Positions 25,736 to 36,039 of a stretch of 64,000 nt of DNA are shown piece by piece. The translations under genes and the position numbers were made by a program. Positions within the stretch are counted from its first letter, which is position 1, and the number at the start of each line of letters is the position of its first letter. The notes beneath the pieces are model-generated. The model was not told the DNA's origin. It saw only the letters and a list, made by a program, of their open reading frames with translations, and did not search any database. Source of the DNA: Eledone cirrhosa (lineage: Eukaryota). The stretch spans positions 51,584,001-51,648,000 of the forward strand of contig OZ024742.1 of NCBI GenBank assembly GCA_964016885.1, in the 5' to 3' direction.

Positions 25736-26378
25736 CTATTCTTAATTAAGGATACGTGATGGATGTTGTCACTCTGGCTTTTCACCAAAGTCTTCACAGA
25801 ATAATCAACATGTTATTCCAGTAAGTACACATTCATTTATTTGAGATAATATTTTCACATACTGAATAGTATCTTTCCGTTAATACATTTCAATTACATG
25901 TGATTTCCTCTTATAGGGGGATATAAATAATGTCATTTTAAAACATATTACTGAGTGTAACATTCTCTTACCTGTGATAGTCATTTCTAACAGAGATCTA
26001 TTTTCCCTTAGCATCCGAAATGAATATTTACGTAATTAACTAAAATGTGTATAAATGATCATGTTGATTTTTTTAGATGCCTGCGAAAGCCTCTATGTTT
26101 CCTTGCTTTAGTCCTTACAAATTCCAATCATTATTACCATACGGGGTCGATAAAATAAAGTACAAGTAATGTACTGGTATTTGCTGGCCTTGTGCCTAAA
26201 GTAAAAACAATTATTAATTATCTGCGTACGCCATTTTATACGACGGTACATCCATTATTCCATGGCACTACTTCAAGTTATTTCTCATTTCAATTTTGTT
26301 TCATACTTTTTCAATTACTTTTCCTCGATTATAATGGTCACTTTTTTCTATTTTAGTAAAACAAGACAGAAACATATC

Positions 26379-26574
26379 TGTTGTATTCCTCTCGGTACTC
26401 GCAGAGAAAACACGAGTTATATCAAATAATTTGTGTAATTTGCGAAACAACCAAAACGCCCCTCCACGCAGTAGCAGAATAACATAAAGTAAGTAAGTCG
26501 CAGTCTGTGACCGAGTTTTTAATACCAACGCTGACTGAATGAGGTTGTGAGTTCGATTCCCAGTCCATAGAACA
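26379..26574 (-). repeat. 3' LTR (196 bp)
   Basis: Matches 31012-31287 except for a ~78-bp indel; PPT at 26575-26584. Confidence 0.92.
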
Positions 26575-26608
26575 CCTCCCCACCGAAATTGATGCGACAA
26601 AAGAAGCA

Positions 26609-29600
26609 TCAACAGCAAAGTCTCTCTGAGGGTTTACGAGTTCTCTTGGACCGTCTTCGATTGTCTGGTCCATACTCTGGAACGGGCAACAATGTCTTGG
26701 ATCTGGTCTGTCTTGGAGTTAGTGGCACGATTTCCGAGATCTCCATCGGGTGATCTGTTGCAAATTCAAAAACAGTGTCTACTGTATCACCAGGTTCATT
26801 GTCTTCCTCAGTAGTGTACCGCGGTTGCAGCTGTTCCCAGTGTCGTCTCCACACCGGGCCATGAGGTATGACCTTAACGTTGAAGCAGCGAGTACCCAAT
26901 GACTTCTTAATGATTGCTGGTACCCATCGCGGATCTTTGTCTCGGCGAGGTCCGTAGTACAGTGCATACACATGATCTCCAGCCTTGTACTGCCTGGTAA
27001 CCTTAGCGACACCTGCCGAGTCCGGAGTCATCCGAGACTTATATGCTTCCTTAGACTGCTTGCCTTGAGCGATGTGTGCTGGCGAGGGCAGCAGAGAATC
27101 AATCCTTGTCCGTATCTGCCGGTGATTCAAAAGTTCACTCGGAGAGAATCCACTGGATGTCGGTGTTCTCCGGTACTGCATCAAGAACTCTTGAAGTGCT
27201 CGCTTCGGCGGAAGAGAAGTCTTCCTCAGAGCTTGTTTGAAGGTCTGCACCAAACGTTCCGCTGCTCGGTTAGTAGCTGGGTGGTAAGGTGCCCCTGTCA
27301 GGTGCGTGATTCCACGTTCTTTGCACCAGCTCTGGAACTCCTCAGAAATAAAAGTTGGTGCGTTATCGGTGACTAGCGTGTGAGGATATCCGAAGTGCGC
27401 AAAATCTTCTTCAAGCAGATCTAATGTGGCTCTGGAGGACGTGGATGACGTAGGATGAATGCAGGGATACTTGGAATAAGCATCCGTGATCACCAACCAA
27501 TTACTGCCCATGAAATGTATTGCGTGGTCCAGGTGTAAGCGGCTCCACGGCTTTTCAGGTAACATCCATGGGTGAACTGGAGACTTGGATGGATGGTTTT
27601 GATTTTCACCACACGAATCACATTGTCGACTGGTTTTCTCTATAGCAGCATCGATACCAAGCCAATAAACAGCAGTTCTTGCCAATTGTTTCATGCGCGC
27701 CATGCCAAAGTGTCCGAGATGCAGAAGATTGAGGATCTTTGGCTGTAAGCTATGTGGAATCACAACTCTCGATCCATGGATAAGGCATATGTGGCAGATA
27801 CTGAGTGAATCCGATAACTTCCGGAACTTATTGACTTCGTCATTGATCTCGGTATTCTTTGGTGGCCAGCCTTTACGGACGTAGCGTATCACTGTAGATA
27901 TCACTGGATCTTTCCCTGAATCTTGACGGAGGACGTTAGAATCGATAGGTTGGACTTGAAGACTGAGAGCTTTGATGGCGCACACCATGTCCATGTCTTC
28001 ACCATTTTCCTTCCTGTCAAAGTCGATGTCATTACCAAATGGCAAGCGACTGAGGGCATCTGCATTGCCATGATCCGCTGTTTTCCGATATTCGATGGTG
28101 TAGTCAAACTGGTTCAGCCACAGGGCCCACCGTGGTAGTCGGTTAGCAGCGAGAAGTGGCGTCCCTTTCCTCGGACTGAACAGTGATGTCAGTGGCTTGT
28201 GGTCAGTTACGAGTATAAACTGATGTCCGTACAGATACTGATAGAACTTTTGCAAGCCAAATATGATGACCAGGGCTTCCTTTTGAATTTGGTCGTAGTT
28301 ACGCTGTGCAGAAGTAAGAGTCTTGGACATATTGGATATTGTGCGCTCGCTTCCATCAGGATAGCGATGAAACAGGACTGCTCTAATACCAACGTTTGAC
28401 GCGTCGCAAGCCAGTCCCAAAGTTTTGTTTGGATCGAAATGTATCAGAACTCGATCCGATGAAAGCACATGTTTCAACTGATCGAAAGCTGACTGTTCTT
28501 CATCTCCCCACTTCCAAGTAGTCGTTTTTTTCGTAAGGCAATAGAGTGGCTCTGCCATGCTGGCTAGGTTTGAGATAAACTTTCCATAGAACTGAACTGA
28601 ACCCAGGAAAGACTTCAAGCTTGAGACGTTCGTTGGAGGTGGCATCTTTAAAACTGCTTCGACCTTGGATCCCTTCGCGATCCCTTCAGCCGACAAGGTG
28701 TGTCCAAGGTATTCCACACTGGGTAGTGCAAACTGGCACTTGTCACGGTGACATTTGAGTCCTTTGTCGCACAGACGTGTGAGCAGACACTTTAGGTTGT
28801 TCAGGTGATCGTTTACATCTTTCCCACTGACGAGCATGTCGTCCTGGGAGACGGCCACACCAGGTAGATCATGAGTCAGGTTTTCCATGATCTCCTGAAA
28901 GTAACCAGGTGCTGACTTGATTCCGAAAGGGAGTCGTTCCTGCAGCAGCACCCCACGGTGAGTGGTGAGTGCAAGCCTGCGTTGACTTTCTGGAGCCAGC
29001 TTGATCTGATTATAGGCATCAGCAAGATCAATCTTTGTGTATCCGAATCCACCTCCGAGCTTCTGCATCAGTTCCTCTGGGAGTGGCATTGGATGACGAT
29101 GATCTGCAAGTTGGTCATTAATTCCCACAGAGTAGTCACCACAAATCCGTAGTTTGGGCTTCAGGTTGCCTGAAGTATGTGCTTTACAAATCGGTACCAC
29201 TGGCGTTCCGTATTCGTTGAACTGTATTGGCTTCCAGATTCCTTTGGCGATGCCTTTGGCCAGGTCATCACGAAGAGCAAACGGGACCGGGCGTGCCTTG
29301 TGAAAGAGCGGTGTCGCGTCCGAATTGAACTTCACTTCCAGTTTGAAGTCATTAAGACATCCCAATTCTTGCTTGAAGAGATTTGGGAATTCATCACACA
29401 TGTTGTGACAATCTCGTTGCATGGAAATATAAGGCTCATTTGAGGTCTTTGGATGCATCACTTCTGTACCCTCACTCTTGGCCTGGCTGTCTATGCTTTT
29501 CAAGCCTAGAGCATTGTCCACGGAAATTCCCAGAGTCTGGATAGCGTTTCGTCCCAGAAAATTAAGATCAGGGATCTTGGTGACGATGTAGGGTATTGAA

Positions 29601-30838
29601 TTCCGTTTACCGGTCGTTGGATCCTTGGTTTGGCCCATGAAAGTTCCCAGAACGGGCAGGTCGTGCTTGCTGGCATATTCAAACCGATGTTTGACATCTT
29701 GCAGCTTCGGTTTTCCTAATTGTTTCCAAATTGACAAGGAAACAACATTGCCTGTTGTAGCTGTGTCCAATTCCATTGTGAAAAGTCTGTTCTGGATTGT
29801 TATTGGCACATTCAAACTATGAGTATCGTGGGGAAATTCACCAAGGATTGCGTTGACTAGCTCAGCTTTCGTGATTCTTTTCACGTAATTCTGTGAGCGA
29901 TGATTACGTTGCTGATGTTGTTTATTTCTACACACCGCTTGCAAATGTCCCTTTTTGTCACAAAAATGACATTTGGCTTCTTTGAAGGGGCAGTGTGTCG
30001 CTTTGTGGGCCTTTCCACATCGGTAGCACATCCCTTGGTCTGTGGAATAAGACTGCTGATAATTATTTCGAGGACCCTTGTTCTTGTTCTGCTGGACCTT
30101 GTAGACTTGCTTGGTTTTGGAACCGTAAACAGTTTCCTTGGCAAGCTTTGCTGCGTCTTCGGTCCCGATGGCAACTTGGACAGCACGGGCGAAATCTAGT
30201 TCTGTATCCTTGATCTTGAAAATAGCCTTCAACACAGCTACATTATTGACAGAACATATAAATCTCTGTCTTAGAGCTTCATCTTGTGGATTTGTGATCG
30301 AAGGAAAATCACAGGTAGCTGCATCCTGACGTATACGTGCTGCCAGCTCCTGGAGAGTTTCGCCTGGCTTCCGTTGCATGTCACTCCAGAACATGAAACG
30401 TTCTCTCACAATGAAAAGTTTTGGGTCGAACTGTTCTTTCATGAAGTCAACAATTTCGTCCATTGTCAACTTGTTGATATACTTAGGCGGATTTTGTTGA
30501 GCATCCAGATTTGAAAGTTGTTTGTAGATAGCAGCCGTCTGATTAGTCAGGAACACTTGTGCCATGCGTTGCTCGGGTACAGCGTTAGCAGCCACAAACG
30601 TGCAGAATATTGCCCAGTAATCAGGCCATAGTTCTGTTGTTGAATCAAAAGCAGCAAATGGTGGGATGAATGCTGTTGGTGTCGAAGCAACTGGCGACGC
30701 CAATAAACTCTGTTGTTCAGAATCTCGAGCACCAAACAGTTTTATCAGAGTGTCCATATCTTTCTTGTGTTGTTGCATTTGTTGTTCCATCTGTTCTCTA
30801 AACAACTTTATTAACTCCGCTCTTTGTTGTTCCGCCAT
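26609..30838 (-). CDS. Gag-Pol polyprotein (zinc knuckles, aspartic protease, RT, RNase H, integrase), ~1409 aa from MAEQQ
   Basis: CYRCGKAHKATHC and CHFCDKKGHLQAVC; LDTA; IDLADAY, LPFG, SQDD; CDAS; HLGH...CDSC; integrase D,D,E in LHLDHA/VTDNA/AAER. Confidence 0.95.
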   Translation of the reverse strand: MAEQQRAELIKLFREQMEQQMQQHKKDMDTLIKLFGARDSEQQSLLASPVASTPTAFIPPFAAFDSTTELWPDYWAIFCTFVAANAVPEQRMAQVFLTNQTAAIYKQLSNLDAQQNPPKYINKLTMDEIVDFMKEQFDPKLFIVRERFMFWSDMQRKPGETLQELAARIRQDAATCDFPSITNPQDEALRQRFICSVNNVAVLKAIFKIKDTELDFARAVQVAIGTEDAAKLAKETVYGSKTKQVYKVQQNKNKGPRNNYQQSYSTDQGMCYRCGKAHKATHCPFKEAKCHFCDKKGHLQAVCRNKQHQQRNHRSQNYVKRITKAELVNAILGEFPHDTHSLNVPITIQNRLFTMELDTATTGNVVSLSIWKQLGKPKLQDVKHRFEYASKHDLPVLGTFMGQTKDPTTGKRNSIPYIVTKIPDLNFLGRNAIQTLGISVDNALGLKSIDSQAKSEGTEVMHPKTSNEPYISMQRDCHNMCDEFPNLFKQELGCLNDFKLEVKFNSDATPLFHKARPVPFALRDDLAKGIAKGIWKPIQFNEYGTPVVPICKAHTSGNLKPKLRICGDYSVGINDQLADHRHPMPLPEELMQKLGGGFGYTKIDLADAYNQIKLAPESQRRLALTTHRGVLLQERLPFGIKSAPGYFQEIMENLTHDLPGVAVSQDDMLVSGKDVNDHLNNLKCLLTRLCDKGLKCHRDKCQFALPSVEYLGHTLSAEGIAKGSKVEAVLKMPPPTNVSSLKSFLGSVQFYGKFISNLASMAEPLYCLTKKTTTWKWGDEEQSAFDQLKHVLSSDRVLIHFDPNKTLGLACDASNVGIRAVLFHRYPDGSERTISNMSKTLTSAQRNYDQIQKEALVIIFGLQKFYQYLYGHQFILVTDHKPLTSLFSPRKGTPLLAANRLPRWALWLNQFDYTIEYRKTADHGNADALSRLPFGNDIDFDRKENGEDMDMVCAIKALSLQVQPIDSNVLRQDSGKDPVISTVIRYVRKGWPPKNTEINDEVNKFRKLSDSLSICHICLIHGSRVVIPHSLQPKILNLLHLGHFGMARMKQLARTAVYWLGIDAAIEKTSRQCDSCGENQNHPSKSPVHPWMLPEKPWSRLHLDHAIHFMGSNWLVITDAYSKYPCIHPTSSTSSRATLDLLEEDFAHFGYPHTLVTDNAPTFISEEFQSWCKERGITHLTGAPYHPATNRAAERLVQTFKQALRKTSLPPKRALQEFLMQYRRTPTSSGFSPSELLNHRQIRTRIDSLLPSPAHIAQGKQSKEAYKSRMTPDSAGVAKVTRQYKAGDHVYALYYGPRRDKDPRWVPAIIKKSLGTRCFNVKVIPHGPVWRRHWEQLQPRYTTEEDNEPGDTVDTVFEFATDHPMEISEIVPLTPRQTRSKTLLPVPEYGPDNRRRSKRTRKPSERLCC

Positions 30839-30860
30839 GTTTTTGTGATAAACAATTTCC

Positions 30861-30992
30861 CGGCAATGTAGGTAAATCCTATCGGCAATGAAGGTAAATC
30901 CTATCGGCAATGTAGGTAAATCCTATCGGCAATGTAGGTAAATCCTATCAGCAATGTAGGTAAATCCTATCAGCAATGTAGGTAAATCCTAT
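30861..30992. repeat. 22-bp minisatellite x6 in the gypsy leader
   Basis: c(g/a)gcaatg(t/a)aggtaaatcctat repeated head-to-tail without spacers. Confidence 0.95.
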
Positions 30993-31011
30993 CGGCGACG
31001 CCAATAAACTC

Positions 31012-31287
31012 TGTTGTATTCCTCTCGGTACTCGCAGAGAAAACACAACGAGTTATATCAAATAATTTGTGTAATTTGCGAAACAACCAAAACGCCCCTC
31101 CTCGCAGTAGCAGAATAACATAAAGTAAGTAAGTAGAAGTCTGTGACCGAGTTTTTAATACCAACGCTGACTGACTGCCCAGGTTACGTGATGCATATGC
31201 AAATGTGTGAGCACGTGTAAATTGAATAGAAATTTAACAGTCCATACAACAATGAGGTTGTGAGTTCGATTCCCAGCCCATACAACA
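31012..31287 (-). repeat. 5' LTR (276 bp)
   Basis: TG...CA; followed on minus by GAGTTTAT then TGGCGTCGCC (PBS-like). Confidence 0.92.
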
Positions 31288-31361
31288 ATATCTGTAACAT
31301 TTGTCGTCGCAAATGTTATTTACACACTAGAATATAATTCTCTTAAAATAATTCTTAATTT

Positions 31362-31860
31362 ATGAAAATAGAACATAAGGGTAAATTAGAGAACATAGAA
31401 ATAAAAATAGAATCTACACACAGAAAAGACGCAATGTTTAGACAAATCACAGAGGCAATAAACATAAAAGAATTACAACCAAAATTAAATAGAAAATATG
31501 AGTGGAACAGCAACATCACAACTTACAATTAAGGACAAAATGAAAACACACACTCACATAGAACAAACAACCAACCTGTAACATGTAAATAAACAAATAA
31601 ATAAACGAATATAAACACACACAGACACCCGGATGTGGCGCATGCGCAGACTGAGCACACAACACACACACAGAAACAAAATGGCGTAGGACAGAACAAA
31701 GGAGAGGCACAAAAACAAAGAAAAGAATCCCCAGTCACTGAAGAGGTCACAGAATGTGGGACGAAAGAACTTTGACAATATATAAACAACTATCTGGTTG
31801 TGGAATCAACCAACCAACCAGAAATTTGTAAATTCCTAAATTTATAAATTTATTATAATA
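31362..31860 (+). mobile_element. 5'-truncated PLE: endonuclease C-terminus, 3' UTR and hammerhead
   Basis: MKIEHKGKLENIEIKIESTHRKDAMFRQITEAINIKELQPKLNRKYEW; ends at (TA)n. Confidence 0.75.
31734..31776 (+). ncRNA. Minimal type I hammerhead ribozyme
   Basis: GUCA-CUGAAGA-G-GUC...GAC-GAAA-GAAC-UU/UGAC; stems I and II present. Confidence 0.7.
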
Positions 31861-31950
31861 TATTGTATATATATATATATATATGTATGGTGTATGTGTG
31901 TATGTATATATATAGGTGTGTGTATGTGTGTATATATGTATATATGTGTA

Positions 31951-32062
<112 letters not shown>

Positions 32063-32611
32063 TATCAATATATATATATATATATATGTGTGTGTATATA
32101 TATGTATATGTGCATGTCTGTGTGTTTATGGGTGCGCGCGAGTGTGTGAGTGAGTGTGTTTGTGAATGTGTCTGTTGATTTTTGGCATATAGTTGAATAG
32201 TTTAAGAGAAATTTGAAGATAAGTGTATGATATGCACTCAATATTTTGAATTTGTCTACAGAATTCTCTAAACCTTTGTCACTTAGTAGAACCTTAAAGA
32301 ATTTAGCTTTTAAAGAATCTCCCTTTCCTTTAAATCTATCTACCATGACTCACCCCCACTGATCTTATAGACACCTGTTAGCTTAAGAGAAACTTAATAA
32401 TAAGGAGTGGCACCCCATCCTGAACCTGTTTATAGAATTCTTTCTGCCTTTGTTACTCTAAAAATAAAAATAAAAATAAACTATAGCTTTGTAGAATTAG
32501 CTTTTAATGAATTCCCTTTTCTATCAACCAATGACCTACACCTATCCCACTCCCCACCCTCGCCTACCACTTGTAGAGACCTATAAACACCATACTTATT
32601 TTTTGATACCC

Positions 32612-32662
32612 AGATTCCTGATGATTTCTAAAGAATGAAAGAGTTCTAGTCCTGTAGAATCT
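32612..32662 (+). ncRNA. Type I hammerhead ribozyme with one stem III mismatch, in a probable PLE 3' UTR (~32160-32680)
   Basis: AGAUUC-CUGAUGA-U-UUC-uaaa-GAA-U-GAAA-GAG-uucuaguc-CUG-UA/GAAUCU; sister copy at 41524-41572 (-) has the pairing CAG...CUG. Confidence 0.7.
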
Positions 32663-33050
32663 CATCTATATTAAAACTATATATATATACTTACTTTCAT
32701 ATTAACCACGGTGACCATTTCTAAGACTAACATTCTCCACCTTTCATCAGAGTTTTCCTCCATTATTTGTAACATCCCATAACTCTCTTCTCTCTCATAC
32801 TATGGAAAAGCTAGAGCATGTTTCGACTCTCAGGCCACCAGGAAACATTTCATTTTGAAGAAAGTAACACTGAGAATTCAAAGTATTTGGCACATACACT
32901 GCCAAATATAAGAATTTGATTCATTTATCACGAATACTTAGAATTATGAATGCCGCATGCAAGTCTGTCGAAAACATTTCCTATGTAGCTGGAGATCGTA
33001 AACGAAAAATGTCCAGTATTCTGTAGAACATGAACAACGAAATCATGATA

Positions 33051-33758
33051 TTTTTCATAAATTAAGAATTATTTTAAGAGAATTATATTCTAGTGTGTAA
33101 AGAACATTTGCGTCGACAAATGTTACATATATGTTTCTGTCTTGTTTTACTAAAATAGAAAATGTGACAAATAATCGAAGAAAAGTAATTGAAAAAGTAT
33201 GAAACAAAATTGACATGAGAAATAACTTGAAGTAGTGCCATGGAATAATGGATGTACTGTCGTATAAAATGGCGTACGCAGATAATTAATAATTGTTTCT
33301 ACTTTAGGCACAAGGCCAGCAAATAACCAGTACATTACTGGTACTTTATTTTATCGACCCCGTATGGTAATAATGATTGGAATGTGTAAGGACTAAAGCA
33401 AGTAAACATAGAGGCTTTCGCAGGCATCTAAAAAAATCAACATGATCATTTATATAAATTTTAGTTAATTACGTAAATATTCATTTTGGATGCTAAGATC
33501 TCTGTTAGAAATGACTATCACAGGTAAGAGAATGTTACACTCAGTAATATGTTTTAAAATGACATTATTTATATCCCCCTATAAGAGGAAATCACATGTA
33601 ATTGAAATGTATTAGCGGAAAGACATTATTCAGTATGTGAAAAGATTATCTCAAATAAATGAATGTGTACTTACTGGAATAACATTTTGATTATTCTGTG
33701 AAGACTTTGGTGAAAAGCCAGAGTGACAACATCCATCACGTATCCTTAATTAAGAATA

Positions 33759-33761
<3 letters not shown>
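33051..33761. repeat. Right arm of the ~720-bp inverted repeat (empty site for the gypsy element)
   Basis: Reverse complement of the left arm, uninterrupted at ~33121-33140; outer end abuts (TA)n. Confidence 0.92.
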
Positions 33762-33847
<86 letters not shown>

Positions 33848-33861
33848 TGTATGTATGTATG

Positions 33862-33917
<56 letters not shown>

Positions 33918-34688
33918 TATTAAATATATATCAAATATATATGAACCCTGGAACAAATATTTATTAAAATAACAGATTAAAGTTTAAGCAAAGAATCGGT
34001 TTGGGTATTAAATATAAAAAAGGCCTGAGAATTAACTATGTATCAAAATTATTTCGCATTTTTGAACTTGTTGAAAGAATGTAACGTATGACATTATTCC
34101 TATCCTTTCAACACATAGCAATTAGAGCGTGTTTCTTTTATTTCGTAATGTAAACATATATATGCTAAAATAATATTTATCGATTTATTGGAAATTAATT
34201 TGCAGAAATTAGACAATTACTGAACGTTTTCTTATGATGTATCAGTAGATTTTAAAACGTCAGTTATTGCACTTTATTTAAATAAATTCAATAAGATTCT
34301 AGTCTCTTTAATTTACAATGACTAATACAATAAATATAGAATATTCTATTGTGATTTGAATTTATTTCATTCATATTGCAGAAAAATAATTCCTGAGACG
34401 ACTTGCTTTCAAGTTAAAAATATGTATTGATTGAAAAATGTAAATGAGAAATATATCTCTATTTCAGCTAGTGATACATTTTCTTTTTACATATGACATA
34501 TCGTTAAAGATTGAATAACTATTTGTCACAGTAAATATTTGCAATTTCTATCAGCCCTTTTACAATCTGTTTTATTCCTACAACTAAGATATTTTCATAT
34601 GTAAGATGTGATTTGTATGCCAATTCATAAAGGCGTATTTACCTTGTCATCTACTCTGCTCTGCTTATAGAAGCATCTATTATGCACG

Positions 34689-34759
<71 letters not shown>

Positions 34760-34785
34760 CTGTGTGTGTGTGTGTGTGTATGAAA

Positions 34786-34935
34786 AGAGTCAAGATTCCG
34801 ACGGCTGAGCTCCGGCTGTTTCGACATCTAGCTGTTGAAACAGCTGGAGCTCAGCTGTCGGGGTCCTGACTCTACATTAAGTATTGAGTTCTCTGATGCA
34901 TTATGGTCCACTTGGTATCTTACCACACACTCTTT
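34786..34935 (+). mobile_element. Short hairpin-headed repeat between microsatellites, same family as 63718-63880
   Basis: 41-bp inverted arms 34786-34826 and 34833-34873, then ...tatggtccacttggtatcttaccacac shared with the 63.8-kb copy. Confidence 0.65.
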
Positions 34936-34936
34936 G

Positions 34937-34969
<33 letters not shown>

Positions 34970-35017
34970 GATACAATAAAAAACTCACTATTCTCCTGGA
35001 TACATTCCAAGTATAGT

Positions 35018-35210
35018 ATAATTGTTTCTACTTTTGGCACAAGGCCAGCAAATACCCAGTGCATTACTGGTACTTTATTTTATCGACCTCGTAAGGAGGA
35101 AAGGCAAAGTTAACCTCGGCTGGATTTGAACTCAGAATGGCAAGGGCCGTAACTCTATGCGTCAAAGCATGGCGTCCAACTCTCTACCGATACTGCCAAG
35201 CCATCGCCCT
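35018..35210 (-). mobile_element. tRNA-derived SINE
   Basis: Family match; flanking direct repeat ATTCCAAGTATAGTATAAT. Confidence 0.9.
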
Positions 35211-36039
35211 AAATTCCAAGTATAGTATAATATTAACGAAAGAGGTTACGAAATTGCTGAATTTAACTTATTGTTTCGATACGAATTTCTTTGAGGAACA
35301 TACAAAAGGATTTTGCTTGTAATGAGAAATCTTGATGTGGATGCAAACAACCGTTGGAGGGAATAGTTGAACGTGTATTTATGGTTGGGAAGGTAAATCT
35401 CAAAGTATTTTACGGCAATGTGTATGTAATTAAATAAAAAATTGAAAATTACCAATTCTCCAATGTGAACAATGGTTAATATAAATGTTAATGCAAACAT
35501 AATAGAATTGTGTCTTTACTTTAGTAACATTTCAAATTATAAATTTATACATTTTCTGGTGATTCAATTGCATTCGTATATTATTTAACCATCTTTACTG
35601 CATCAATATTTGCTCACTGCAACGAGAACCAAACTTTTCTGAGACACGCTGCAATCAAATGCTAGTCTTCCAGATGATTTTCGTCAGTTGGTATAGCAAG
35701 GAGTTAATGGCATGAGCAGGCATATATATATATATATATGTGTGTGTGGGGGGGTGGGTGCGCGGGGGGGGGGGGGGGTTGTTCTAGTGTACGCATGCAA
35801 CAGAAATTTTGTTGGATATCACTTTTCTTTCTATTAAATATAATTGCTTGGGATTGAGCTTCCTAGCTGCAGTTAGTTGGAAATGTATTGTTTACACACC
35901 TCAAGCGGGTTAGACACTCCTAGAACATTGAAACTGATTTAGGTGGCCTTTCAATTTCGTTGTCCATGATGGGGTATTTTGCTACATGTAGGCAATTTAT
36001 GGAGCTACCTCTGAATACTGGATAGCAGAAGGACCCTAG

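Larger units (their letters stand above)
26379..31287 (-). mobile_element. Full-length Ty3/gypsy LTR retrotransposon (Mag/K02A2.6-like)
   Basis: Two LTRs with TG...CA ends, 5-bp TSD ATATC (26374-26378 and 31288-31292), PPT GGTGGGGAGG next to the 3' LTR, single gag-pol ORF in PR-RT-RH-IN order. Confidence 0.97.
25734..31368. repeat. Left arm of a ~720-bp inverted repeat, split by the gypsy insertion (25734-26378 plus 31288-31368)
   Basis: Near-identical reverse complement of 33051-33761, including a SINE 3' fragment. Confidence 0.92.

Noticed and set aside
26779-30848. Short antisense and alternate-frame ORFs in the gypsy element
   Set aside because: Shadows of the long gag-pol ORF
30861-30992. 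22-bp repeats as a CRISPR array
   Set aside because: No spacers, eukaryotic context, inside an LTR element leader
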